Virus genome (UHGV): UHGV-0210064
Length of the DNA stretch: 47,461 nt
From: a virus
Strand: one strand, 5' to 3'
This document shows positions 8,059 to 18,262 of this stretch, piece by piece. The notes under the pieces were generated by a model. The model saw nothing but the letters and a program-made list of their open reading frames with translations. It was not told the origin of the DNA and did not search any database. Made by a program: the position numbers and the translations under genes. Each line of letters opens with the position of its first letter. Within the stretch, counting starts at the first letter, position 1.

Positions 8059-8864
8059 ACCTCGAATCTATCGCCAAATACTTCGCGCCTAAATCACCAA
8101 TGCTGAGCGACTCGCCACGGGCTACTGCATCGGATGGTTTAACCGGCACTGACATCATGGCCGCTCTTGGGCTGGTAAATGCCAAGTGCGGATTCGGCTT
8201 CGACCTCTATCTGGCAAAGATCGGGGTAAGCACACCTGACCGAGCAATGGAGCTACTTTATGAATCAGCAGAGCGACTATCAATCCGCTTTAACATCGTT
8301 TCAGAACTCAGCCAGGACGTTCGCAAAAGAGTTCTCGAAGTTCTGTGCGCTTTTGCATACCAGGATTACACGCGAAGTGCTGCCAGCGTTAGAAAATGCT
8401 CTTGCTGCGATGGGACTGGCTTCACAGAGGCTCAAGTGTTCACCAACAAATGCTCATATCCGTGGGGCAAGCCGCCTTATTGGGCAAAGATGTCCCGAGC
8501 GGTTCGCCCAAGCCATTGGGAGAGCTGGAGCGAAGTGCGCGAGGTGGTCAAAGTTAAATGCTCAACCTGTAACGGAAAGGGTGTTATCAGCAATTCGTGT
8601 CGCTGCAATGGGAAAGGAAAGGTACTGGATAAAGAGACCAGCGAGCGACTTGGCCTACCGGTAATGAAGGTGTGCGATCGCTGCAGCGGAAGAGGCTATG
8701 CGCGCATGAAATTTTCGACGGTAATGGAAGGGGTAAGGGCCGTTGCTGACATTAAGAAAACGGTAGCTTATGAGCAGCTGAAGCCGTTCTTCGAGGAGCT
8801 GGTCTCCGAATGTCACAAACAGGAATCATACGCTGATGTCATTCTCTCCCGGGTGACGAGATGA
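8055..8864 (+). CDS. Q: late-gene antiterminator Q candidate (PF06530-like) with four CxxCxGxG zinc-finger motifs
   Basis: It sits immediately upstream of a PR'-like promoter and tR'-like terminator. Cys-rich C-terminal half. Confidence 0.55.
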   Translation: MNLESIAKYFAPKSPMLSDSPRATASDGLTGTDIMAALGLVNAKCGFGFDLYLAKIGVSTPDRAMELLYESAERLSIRFNIVSELSQDVRKRVLEVLCAFAYQDYTRSAASVRKCSCCDGTGFTEAQVFTNKCSYPWGKPPYWAKMSRAVRPSHWESWSEVREVVKVKCSTCNGKGVISNSCRCNGKGKVLDKETSERLGLPVMKVCDRCSGRGYARMKFSTVMEGVRAVADIKKTVAYEQLKPFFEELVSECHKQESYADVILSRVTR

Positions 8865-8906
8865 TGAGAATTTTCTATAAAAATATATTTTTGTGGAAAA
8901 TGGCTA

Positions 8907-8935
8907 TTGCAATTCCCGGAAAAACTGGTTAGATT
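8907..8935 (+). promoter_or_regulatory. late promoter PR' (TTGCAA-17-TAGATT)
   Basis: -35 ttgcaa at 8907-8912, 17-nt spacer, -10 tagatt at 8930-8935. It lies about 40 bp downstream of the Q gene. Confidence 0.6.
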
Positions 8936-8984
8936 CATCTCTAACGCTGGGAATCCGTTCAGTCGTTCCGAAGCAAAAAAATTC

Positions 8985-9013
8985 AAGCCCGAGGTTAACG
9001 CCTTGGGCTTTTT
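8985..9013 (+). terminator. tR'-like intrinsic terminator ending a short leader transcript
   Basis: Hairpin aagcccgagg-ttaacg-ccttgggctt followed by a T5 run. About 50 nt downstream of the PR' -10. Confidence 0.55.
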
Positions 9014-9020
9014 CATTTCA

Positions 9021-9095
9021 GGGTCAGAAGCACAGCGGTTGTGCGTTCGGCTGTTAACCGAATGGTCGAAGGTTCGAATCCTTCCTGTCCCGCCA
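9021..9095 (+). tRNA. tRNA-Asn (anticodon GTT)
   Basis: Cloverleaf folded by hand: D stem gcac/gtgc, anticodon stem ttcgg/ccgaa with loop ctGTTaa, T arm gaagg-ttcgaat-ccttc, 3' G-CCA. One T-T mismatch in the acceptor stem. Confidence 0.7.
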
Positions 9096-9099
9096 GATT

Positions 9100-9175
9100 G
9101 CTGGTTTGGCTCAGCAGGTAGAGCGCCTGCCTTGTAAGCAGGATGTCGGCGGTTCGATTCCGTCAACCAGCACCA
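9100..9175 (+). tRNA. tRNA-Thr (anticodon TGT)
   Basis: Acceptor gctggtt/aaccagc, D stem gctc/gagc, anticodon stem cctgc/gcagg with loop ctTGTaa, T loop ttcgatt, 3' A-CCA. Confidence 0.8.
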
Positions 9176-9611
9176 GACACGGGCATGAGCACTAACGCTT
9201 AAATAAGTCCTGATAGGTGCCAGATTGATCGCCTGGCCGTCAGCTCCACGAAACGGAGCACATAACAGGTAAGAGCATTGGGTAATGTCAGCCTTGGTTC
9301 GAAGTCGAAAGACATGCGGTAATACCCAGCCCAAGTTCCAGTGCTCTTTCCGTTGTGGTGAATGCGTAGGCTGATACGTTAGAGACGGCACCCCTTGATG
9401 AGGACAGCGCTATCTCTGGAGAATAGTCTTGGGTACGTGTAATGCCAGAGAAAGCCGGAGATCAGCACCGGCCACCACTCACGAAACCGAGCTGCAGCCC
9501 TAACTGGCTATCCTGCATCACCAGTGATAGTTATGCTGCAGCCTTCTAAATCCCTCTACCTTGGGACCATTACGGCTACCGCGCCGTCACTTTTTACCCT
9601 TGGTATTACTT

Positions 9612-9633
9612 CCCGCCTTGAGCGGGTTTTTTA
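9612..9633 (+). terminator. intrinsic terminator upstream of the lysis cassette
   Basis: cccgc-cttga-gcggg followed by a T6 run. Confidence 0.45.
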
Positions 9634-9756
9634 TTGAGCATGCCCAGGCCCTCGGGAATCATCCCCGACGTGCTTTGTTGATAAATCAGCCCGCAGGGTC
9701 TGGGCCTCTTTTCCCCTTTACGCACAGCGCCATCCGTCATCAACGGAGGTGAGGTT

Positions 9757-10026
9757 ATGACAAAAATGAGCACCATTTACAGCAGACTTTCATACGGCAC
9801 CGGGACCGCACTGACGGGCTGCGGTGTCTCAGCAAAGGCGTATGCCGGGGCAGTTAAGGCAGAGGTATGGATTTTGGCCGACAAAATAGCGGGGATGACC
9901 CTGAGTGACTGGGCAATTATTGTCGGTATCGCCTGCACCATTACCACCTGTGGGGTGAACTGGTACTACCGGCGGAAAGAACGCGAGGATCGGCTCAATG
10001 GCTATGACACCAAAACTGAGGAATAG
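9757..10026 (+). CDS. holin (dual-start MTKM motif, two TM segments)
   Basis: 89 aa. N-terminal Met-Thr-Lys-Met dual start. Hydrophobic stretches are present. It lies directly upstream of the endolysin. Confidence 0.65.
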   Translation: MTKMSTIYSRLSYGTGTALTGCGVSAKAYAGAVKAEVWILADKIAGMTLSDWAIIVGIACTITTCGVNWYYRRKEREDRLNGYDTKTEE

Positions 10027-10501
10027 CGTTATCGCTGCCGTCGGCGGTGGCGCCATAGCCATTGCTTCTGCGCTCATCACCGGCCCAACCGGTAACGATG
10101 GTCTTGAAGGTGTGCGGTACGATCCCTATCAGGATGTGGTAGGCGTATGGACTGTCTGCTATGGCCACACTGGCAAAGACATCATGCTCGGCAAGAAGTA
10201 CACCGAGGCCGAATGCCGTGCCCTTCTCAGTAAAGACCTGAACACCGTCGCTCGCCAGATTGACCCATACATCCAGAAGCCGATCCCCGAGACAATGCGC
10301 GGGGCTCTTTACTCGTTCGCCTATAACGTCGGCGCTGGCAATTTCCAGACCTCCACGCTGCTGCGCAAAATCAACCAGGGCGACCAGAAAGGTGCATGTG
10401 ATCAGCTGCGCCGCTGGACCTACGCCAAGGGTAAGCAGTGGAAAGGCCTAGTAACTCGCCGCGAGATTGAGCGCGAAGTTTGTCTGTGGGGGCAGAAATG
10501 A
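9998..10501 (+). CDS. SAR endolysin (GH24 T4-type lysozyme with N-terminal signal-anchor-release domain)
   Basis: Gly/Ala-rich N-terminal TM segment. Catalytic E-D-T pattern [24 protein letters not shown]. Confidence 0.8.
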   Translation: MAMTPKLRNSVIAAVGGGAIAIASALITGPTGNDGLEGVRYDPYQDVVGVWTVCYGHTGKDIMLGKKYTEAECRALLSKDLNTVARQIDPYIQKPIPETMRGALYSFAYNVGAGNFQTSTLLRKINQGDQKGACDQLRRWTYAKGKQWKGLVTRREIEREVCLWGQK

Positions 10502-10887
10502 GCCGCACAATAGCAGTTTTTGGCGTCGCCATAATTAGCCTGATTCTTATCCTTTGGTGGGGGCTGAGTCACTTCCATGAGGCGTATCAGGCGGAAAAAA
10601 CTCGCGCTGATAATGCAGAACAGCAGGTAAACGCAGCGCAGGCGATCACATCCAACGTTCTGACCACCATGACCATCTTCAACACCATCGCCGAGGCCAA
10701 TCAGCATGCAAAAGAGCAGATCGCACTGGACGCATCGGGAGCCTCGGCTGATATCCGGGTTGCTGTTGCGAATGATGATTGCACTAATCGCCCTGTGCCT
10801 GCTGGCGCAGTTAAGCGGCTGCAACAATTCGCGAACGGTCTACGTCAAAGTGCCGGTGGTCCCGTTACCGGCCAGCCTGACGGCTGA
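10498..10887 (+). CDS. Rz-like i-spanin
   Basis: N-terminal TM segment followed by coiled-coil periplasmic sequence. ATGA overlap with the endolysin stop. Confidence 0.7.
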   Translation: MSRTIAVFGVAIISLILILWWGLSHFHEAYQAEKTRADNAEQQVNAAQAITSNVLTTMTIFNTIAEANQHAKEQIALDASGASADIRVAVANDDCTNRPVPAGAVKRLQQFANGLRQSAGGPVTGQPDG

Positions 10888-11023
10888 CACCCCGCAACCA
10901 GAAATCCCTGACAACCTGACGTGGGGCCAGAGCCTTGATTTAAACGTCAGTCTGCTATCAGCGCTAGGGCAGTGCAACCGGGATAAAGCGGATATCAGGC
11001 AGGCGGAAACAAAACGTCAGTAA
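10772..11023 (+). CDS. Rz1-like o-spanin (lipoprotein, +1 frame, overlaps and extends beyond Rz)
   Basis: Lipobox LSGC. Proline-rich mature part. The frame starts inside Rz and ends 136 nt after it. Confidence 0.6.
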   Translation: MMIALIALCLLAQLSGCNNSRTVYVKVPVVPLPASLTADTPQPEIPDNLTWGQSLDLNVSLLSALGQCNRDKADIRQAETKRQ

Positions 11024-11088
11024 GGCATTACAGAAGCCATTCTAATGATTGGCTTCGATAATGCTCCCGCACTCACCAGAGGTACAAC

Positions 11089-11379
11089 ATGTCACAAGTC
11101 CCATTAGATGCCCCCGAAACTAAACTTTCCGCCATCATCGATAATGCAATCCGCAACTCCATGGGAGTGGCGAATATCCGAAGCCGGATTTCAGTGCTAC
11201 TGGGTTCTCTGCGCGGTGCAGAAGAAAGTGAGTCGGAAGATGCCGAAAAAGCGCTTTCTCCCGATGGTTCCCTGAATCAGTTACATGTGGTTCTGAGCGA
11301 AACAGAATCCTCCGTGCTCGCGTTGCAGAGCGAACTTGACGAGCTGTTTTCTCTGCTCTGCTCGGTATCTGACGACTAA
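11089..11379 (+). CDS. hypothetical acidic protein
   Basis: 96-aa ORF with a RBS. Confidence 0.35.
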   Translation: MSQVPLDAPETKLSAIIDNAIRNSMGVANIRSRISVLLGSLRGAEESESEDAEKALSPDGSLNQLHVVLSETESSVLALQSELDELFSLLCSVSDD

Positions 11380-11503
11380 TAATTATAAAGTTCTGCAAAA
11401 GGCGTCTAAAAAGCGCCATTGACAGAGTTTTATATAAGTTTGTTGATGCCTCGGTGTCGAAATTACCGAGCAAGTATCTTTGGTGCCCAGAGGATTGTTC
11501 TGC

Positions 11504-12139
11504 ATGACTGAAAATGACAATCGCAGACCATACCCTCCCGTCAACTTCACTGGCGAAAACTGGCTGCCGTATACCCGGCTAATCCCTGCTGCCGAAATCG
11601 GCGAATGGGTAAATCAGAACATCCTCTCTGAAGACGGGCGAATCCATAATCACGACCATACGCACTTGCTCGACGCTGATGTCGCGTTCATGTGGGCCTC
11701 TGGCTCATTCGCCAAAAGCGGACGCATTGTACTGGGCCAGTGTGAGCAGGTAATGATGCGCGCAGGCGGCTGGCAGAAGTCCCGCATGGAGCAACAGATG
11801 CATGAATGGTTCGGTCGCATACCGAAGTTCATCATCACCCTGGCTGCTGACTACTGCGAGCAATGCAACGATCTGGAGTTCTGCGCACTGGTGGAGCATG
11901 AACTTTACCACATAGCCCAGGCTACCGATGACTATGGCGCGCCGAAGTTCAACAAAGAGACCGGTATGCCGGTTCTGAAGCTTCGTGGCCATGACGTCGA
12001 GGAATTCGTTGGCGTGGTCCGGCGTTACGGCGCCAGCAAAGACGTGCAGGAAATGGTGGATGCGGCGAACAGGCCGGCGGAGGTTGCTCATATCGATGTT
12101 GCCAGAGCTTGCGGGACGTGCATGCTGAAGTTGGCATAA
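11504..12139 (+). CDS. putative phage metallopeptidase (HExxH)
   Basis: ALVEHELYHIAQ zinc-binding motif. It sits between the lysis and packaging modules. Confidence 0.5.
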   Translation: MTENDNRRPYPPVNFTGENWLPYTRLIPAAEIGEWVNQNILSEDGRIHNHDHTHLLDADVAFMWASGSFAKSGRIVLGQCEQVMMRAGGWQKSRMEQQMHEWFGRIPKFIITLAADYCEQCNDLEFCALVEHELYHIAQATDDYGAPKFNKETGMPVLKLRGHDVEEFVGVVRRYGASKDVQEMVDAANRPAEVAHIDVARACGTCMLKLA

Positions 12140-12170
12140 ATTCAGGACTAGTTAGGACGGATGGTGAATT

Positions 12171-12656
12171 ATGGCGGCATTAAAACCAGAGATTAAAGCC
12201 TTCATAGTTCAATCAGTTGCGTGCTTTGATACCCCCTCTCAAGTGGTCGAGTCCGTCCTGAAAGAATTTGGTATTCAGATTACCCGCCAACAGGTTGAGC
12301 AAAACGACCCGACGAAGATAAGCGGCAAGGGTCTGGCTCAAAAATGGGTCGACCTCTTCAACCGCACCCGCGACCGATTTCTCAACGAAATTTACGACAT
12401 ACCGATCGCTAACAAAGCCTATCGCCTGCGCGTCCTGCAGCGAATGTCTACGACTGCCGAAGGTATGAAAAACCTCGGCATGACAGCTCAGTTACTGGAG
12501 CAGGCCGCAAAAGAGGTAGGCGATGCCTACAGCAACAAGCAAAAGGTCGAGCTGACCGGTAAAGACGGCGGCCCGCTGAATCAGGTGACGTACACCGCTG
12601 AAGACTATGCAAAGGCCCAGCAGAAGCTGGAGGGAAGGTTAGAAGGGCTGGACTGA
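12171..12656 (+). CDS. terminase small subunit (DUF2280-like)
   Basis: Its position is directly 5' of the large terminase. ~160 aa with a helical N-terminal DNA-binding region. Confidence 0.55.
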   Translation: MAALKPEIKAFIVQSVACFDTPSQVVESVLKEFGIQITRQQVEQNDPTKISGKGLAQKWVDLFNRTRDRFLNEIYDIPIANKAYRLRVLQRMSTTAEGMKNLGMTAQLLEQAAKEVGDAYSNKQKVELTGKDGGPLNQVTYTAEDYAKAQQKLEGRLEGLD

Positions 12657-12657
12657 T

Positions 12658-14334
12658 ATGAGCGGAATTATCGAATGGGATGACCTGTCATTCCCGGAGC
12701 GCGTGATCATCCGTTCAAAGTCCACGAAGTCATTCCTGAACTTCACCCGGATATGGTTCGAGCTGATTCAGGGCGACCGGTTGCTGGTTAACTGGCATCA
12801 CCGCCTGATGGCTTCGAAAATTGATGATCTGCTTGCCGGGCGTCTTGTCCCGCGAAACCTGATTATCAACATACCGCCAGGCGGTACGAAAACTGAGTTC
12901 TTCTCCATTCACTTCCCGGCGTATGTCAACGCCCTGGTGCAGGAGAAGCGGCTTAAACGCTTTCGCAACCTGAATATCTCTTTTGCTGACACGCTGGTAA
13001 AGCGTAACAGCCGGCGAACCCGCGACATTATCGCCAGCCGCGAATATCAGGAATTCTGGCCCTGCTCGTTTGGTGTCAACCAGGCGGAAGAGTGGGAGAT
13101 AAAGGATGAACGAGGGCGTTCTATAGGGCAGACGGTATCGCGCTCAAGCAACGGGCAGATCACCGGTGGTCGTGGTGGCTACTACGGACCAGAGTTCTCC
13201 GGCATGGTGATGCTGGACGACTACAACAAGCCGGTGGACATGCTCAGCGAGTCCCGACGCAAAAGCGCGAATACGCTGCTGGTTAACACCATTCGATCGC
13301 GGCGCGGCGATAAGTCGAAAGAGCACCCGACTCCGTTTGTGAGCATTCAGCAGCGCCTGCACACCGACGATGCAACGGGCTTCATGCTTGCCGGCGGAAT
13401 GGGCGTGCCGTTTCACCATGTAGCCATACCGGCCATGATCGACGAGAAGTACATCCAGTCGCTCGATGAGCCATGGCGTTCGCTTTGCTGGGAAACGGTC
13501 AAAGATACCGATTCTGTGGTCGTTGGTGGCGTTCGCTACTGGTCATACTGGCCGCAGATGGAAGACGTTAACGACCTCCTGCAACTGTGGGAAAAGGACC
13601 GCTACACCTTCCTGTCGCAATACCAGCAAAACCCGATGGCGCTGACTGGCGGGATCATCGACACCAGCTGGTTCAGGACGTACACCACGCTGCCGAAGCT
13701 TACGCACCGCGCCGTGTACGTCGATACGAACAGCGGTAAGGTAGAGGACTGGCTGGATTACACCGTGTTTACGCTGGCTGGCATGGGCGTGGACGGGAAT
13801 CTGTACATCATCGACGTCGTTCGCGGTCGATGGGACCCGGAAGACCTCCTGAAGAAAGCGGAAGAGGTTTGGGAAAAATGGCGCCTCTCTGGCTCCATGC
13901 GGGTTATGCCGCTGCGTCATATGGCCATTGAAGAGAAGCAGGCCGGACAGGGCCTCATCACCACTCTGAAAAAACGTAGCCAGACCCCAGGACAACTCGC
14001 CATCCCGGTGAGGGAAATTCCGCGCGGCACCGGGCAGAACAAGCTTGTTCGCTGCCTTAACGTCATCCCCCAAATCAAAACCGGGAAAGTGTTTGTCCCC
14101 GCGACGCACACCGACGACGGACAGAAGCTTTCCAGCATCTTCTACGAGGACGGCACGATCGCAGGCTCAACGGAGTGGGTTCTGACGGCGATGACGGAAT
14201 GCGCTGCTTTCTCCGCTGATGACAGTCACGACAACGACGACATCCTCGATACCTGGATGGACGCAATCGACGACAACCTGATTTCCGGCCCGCAGCCGAT
14301 GGTTATCGACCCGAATCAACTCAGGAGAATTTAA
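12658..14334 (+). CDS. terminase large subunit
   Basis: 558 aa. ATPase and nuclease architecture. Precedes the portal gene. Confidence 0.85.
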   Translation: MSGIIEWDDLSFPERVIIRSKSTKSFLNFTRIWFELIQGDRLLVNWHHRLMASKIDDLLAGRLVPRNLIINIPPGGTKTEFFSIHFPAYVNALVQEKRLKRFRNLNISFADTLVKRNSRRTRDIIASREYQEFWPCSFGVNQAEEWEIKDERGRSIGQTVSRSSNGQITGGRGGYYGPEFSGMVMLDDYNKPVDMLSESRRKSANTLLVNTIRSRRGDKSKEHPTPFVSIQQRLHTDDATGFMLAGGMGVPFHHVAIPAMIDEKYIQSLDEPWRSLCWETVKDTDSVVVGGVRYWSYWPQMEDVNDLLQLWEKDRYTFLSQYQQNPMALTGGIIDTSWFRTYTTLPKLTHRAVYVDTNSGKVEDWLDYTVFTLAGMGVDGNLYIIDVVRGRWDPEDLLKKAEEVWEKWRLSGSMRVMPLRHMAIEEKQAGQGLITTLKKRSQTPGQLAIPVREIPRGTGQNKLVRCLNVIPQIKTGKVFVPATHTDDGQKLSSIFYEDGTIAGSTEWVLTAMTECAAFSADDSHDNDDILDTWMDAIDDNLISGPQPMVIDPNQLRRI

Positions 14335-16281
14335 GTGTGGTGGTTTAAAAAGAAAGAAGTCGCCGCGCCTGAGCCGGCAAAAGAACCTGAAGCACCGAAG
14401 GTCGGGATCAGACCAGAGGCCGTGGCCGAAGTCCGTGCATTACCGAAAAGAGAGTTTCAGCGCTACGAGCCGCCGAAAGGGGTGATCCCAGAGTCTATCA
14501 AAAGCGCCATTCTGGCAATGGACTCCACGCCTTACGATGACCTCAATGCAGCATATGGCGGTTACGGCTACGGTGACTTTGATAGCTTCCCTGGCTATCC
14601 GTACCTGGCCACGCTGGCGCAAAAGCCTGAATATCGCAAGATGGTTGGCACCATCGCGGAAGAAATGACCCGCAAATGGATAAAGCTCAAAACTGTCGGC
14701 GATGAAGACAAGGCGGATCGGGTAAAACAGCTCGAAGAGGCCATGAAGCGGTTTAAGGTGCGCGAGCGCTTTAAAGAAGCCGCAGAGCATGACGGCTACT
14801 TTGGCGGCGGCCAGATTTATATCGACGTTCGTTCGCCGCGGGGAATCTCCGCATGGATGGACGACAACGAGCTGCAATCGAAGCTCTTCATGAGCGACAA
14901 GAAGATCACGAAAGGCAGCCTGCAGGGGTTCAGGGTCATCGAGCCTATCTGGACCTATCCGGGGATTTATAACTCCGACAACCCGCTGAGCCCGGATTTC
15001 TACAAGCCGACTCAGTGGTTTGTCATGGGCCGGACCGTACATGCAAGCCGGATGATTGATTTCGTCTCGCGGCAGGTACCTGATCTGCTGAAAGCATCGT
15101 ATAACTTCCGCGGCCTGTCTCTCTCGCAGATTGCCGAGCCATACGTCAATAACTGGCTTCGCACCCGCGACAGCGTCAGCGACATGATTCACTCGTTCTC
15201 TGTTCCGGTAATCGGAACAAATATGAGCACGATTCTGCAGGGCGGGGCGGCAGATGGCCTTCTGGCAAGGCTTGATGTCTTCAACCGATGCCGTGATAAC
15301 CGTGGCGCATTCGCTAAAGACAACAACCCTACCCAGCCAGAAACGGTTGAGTTCGTTAACGCCCCGCTTAACGGTCTGGATGCCCTGCAGGCACAATCGC
15401 AGGAGCACATGTCAGCGGTTTCGAGCATCCCGCTCGTCAAACTGCTGGGCATCACTCCAAATGGCCTTAACGCAACGTCTGACGGCGAAATCCGCGTTTT
15501 CTACGACTACATTCACGCTCTGCAGCAGTCTGTTTTTAAAGACAACCTGAAGCGTGTGATGGACATCATTCAGCTCTCTGAGTTCGGGGATATTGACGAC
15601 GGCATAACCTTCGACTTTGAGCCGCTGTACGAAATGAGCGCTAAAGAGCGGGCGGAAATTCGCAAAGTAGACGCTGACACGGACGCTGTCTATGTGGCCG
15701 CCAGCGTGCTCTCTGGCAACGAAGTCCGCGAAAAAATTGCCGGTGACCCTGACTCTCCTTATCACTCTCTGGACCTGAATGATGACCTCGAAATCGAAGA
15801 CGACTACGACGAAGAGGAAGAGCCCACCGTGACAGCTAATGACTCGAATCAGATGAATGGGTATGCAAGTGTCAAGCCCGATGCAGAAACGGCGTCTGCC
15901 ATATATTCGCACCTTGAATCTCTTGGCATAAATAATTTAATCGCCCCGAGTGACATGCATGTAACGCTCATGTACTCACGCAACAAGCCAATCACGGTAG
16001 ATGCTGACCCTGTTAGGGTTTATGAGGCACAAATTAGTGGCGATATCGAAATTATGGGCAAGGAGCCTTGGCGAGCCTTGGTTATGCATCTTGAAAGCCC
16101 TGACCTGCAAAAGCGTTTTGCGGAGCTGAAGGCCTCTGGTGCAGAACATTCATACCCAGAATATCGTGCTCATCTTTCCATTAAATACAACCCCGAAAAT
16201 GGCGACTTGCAAAAGCTGAAAGATACTCCGCTACCCATCAAGGTTATTCGTCTAGATGGAGAGGAGTTTAAGCCAATATAG
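14335..16281 (+). CDS. portal protein (DUF1073 type) with a C-terminal ~130-aa 2H-phosphoesterase-like extension
   Basis: GTG start after a RBS (aggag). Residues ~1-470 are portal-like and are followed by an acidic linker. The last 130 aa carry two H-h-[TS]-h motifs (MHVTLMY, AHLSIKY) 72 residues apart. Confidence 0.75.
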   Translation: MWWFKKKEVAAPEPAKEPEAPKVGIRPEAVAEVRALPKREFQRYEPPKGVIPESIKSAILAMDSTPYDDLNAAYGGYGYGDFDSFPGYPYLATLAQKPEYRKMVGTIAEEMTRKWIKLKTVGDEDKADRVKQLEEAMKRFKVRERFKEAAEHDGYFGGGQIYIDVRSPRGISAWMDDNELQSKLFMSDKKITKGSLQGFRVIEPIWTYPGIYNSDNPLSPDFYKPTQWFVMGRTVHASRMIDFVSRQVPDLLKASYNFRGLSLSQIAEPYVNNWLRTRDSVSDMIHSFSVPVIGTNMSTILQGGAADGLLARLDVFNRCRDNRGAFAKDNNPTQPETVEFVNAPLNGLDALQAQSQEHMSAVSSIPLVKLLGITPNGLNATSDGEIRVFYDYIHALQQSVFKDNLKRVMDIIQLSEFGDIDDGITFDFEPLYEMSAKERAEIRKVDADTDAVYVAASVLSGNEVREKIAGDPDSPYHSLDLNDDLEIEDDYDEEEEPTVTANDSNQMNGYASVKPDAETASAIYSHLESLGINNLIAPSDMHVTLMYSRNKPITVDADPVRVYEAQISGDIEIMGKEPWRALVMHLESPDLQKRFAELKASGAEHSYPEYRAHLSIKYNPENGDLQKLKDTPLPIKVIRLDGEEFKPI

Positions 16282-16290
16282 GAATTCCTG

Positions 16291-17088
16291 ATGACCGGAA
16301 AGAAAAAGCCAAAAACTATCCGGCCTATCAGGCCTAACGCTGGCGTAGAAGCATGGTACCGCCGCCAGCTTGATAAGCAGGTGCAGGAAATGCAGGCATC
16401 TGTTGTCTACTGGCTGTCTGCAAACTATCGGGCCAGCGGCGCGGCTGTCGCCATGGATGCATCACCTGCAGTGATGATGCGTAATGCCATGCAGAAACTG
16501 GCTAAGCGCTGGACTCGGCGGTTTGATGACATGGCGCAAAAGCTGGCAGACAGGTTCGCTAACGACGCCATGAAGAACGCAGATGCGTCACTGGCCACAG
16601 CCTTCAAAGATGCGGGGTTTACTGTCGAGTTCAAGATGACCTCGCAGATGAATAACGCTCTTCAGGCGACTATCGCCGAGAATGTCGGCCTTATCCGATC
16701 CATCCCCGAGAAGTATTTCACTGAGGTGGAAGGGCTGGTTATGCGGTCGGTAGCGCGTGGGCGCGACTTGTCCTATCTCACTGATGAACTCCAGAAGCGA
16801 TACGGGATTACCCGGCGCCGTGCGGCGTTCATTGCCCGAGATCAGAACAACAAGGCTACCTCAGTCGTTCAGTCGGCACGGCAGCAGGCGCTTGGCATTA
16901 CGCAAGGTATCTGGAAGCACTCCCACGCAGGCAAAAAGCCTCGCCAGTCCCATGTGAAAGCTAATGGCAGGCTTTTCGACCTCTCGGAGGGGATGCTCAT
17001 TGATGGCGAGCACATCATGCCAGGCGAATTACCAAATTGTCGTTGCACCTGGGAGGCTGTCATTCCAGGGCTTTCAAAACAGGATTGA
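16291..17088 (+). CDS. head morphogenesis protein (Mu gpF / SPP1 gp7 family)
   Basis: Lies after the portal gene. The conserved C-terminal region resembles Phage_Mu_F. Confidence 0.7.
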   Translation: MTGKKKPKTIRPIRPNAGVEAWYRRQLDKQVQEMQASVVYWLSANYRASGAAVAMDASPAVMMRNAMQKLAKRWTRRFDDMAQKLADRFANDAMKNADASLATAFKDAGFTVEFKMTSQMNNALQATIAENVGLIRSIPEKYFTEVEGLVMRSVARGRDLSYLTDELQKRYGITRRRAAFIARDQNNKATSVVQSARQQALGITQGIWKHSHAGKKPRQSHVKANGRLFDLSEGMLIDGEHIMPGELPNCRCTWEAVIPGLSKQD

Positions 17089-18261
<1,173 letters not shown>

Positions 18262-18262
18262 C

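Noticed and set aside
8813-9391. 192-aa minus-strand ORF
   Set aside because: It runs antisense through PR', tR' and both tRNA genes. It has no RBS context and is an artefact of the non-coding region.
9176-9560. Possible third tRNA after tRNA-Thr
   Set aside because: A hand search for a T-arm and cloverleaf (e.g. around ggttcgaagtc at ~9296) found no complementary stems.
14440-15912. Long minus-strand ORFs (322 aa, 166 aa) inside the portal gene
   Set aside because: They are antisense to a well-supported structural gene in GC-rich DNA. Such shadow ORFs are typical artefacts.
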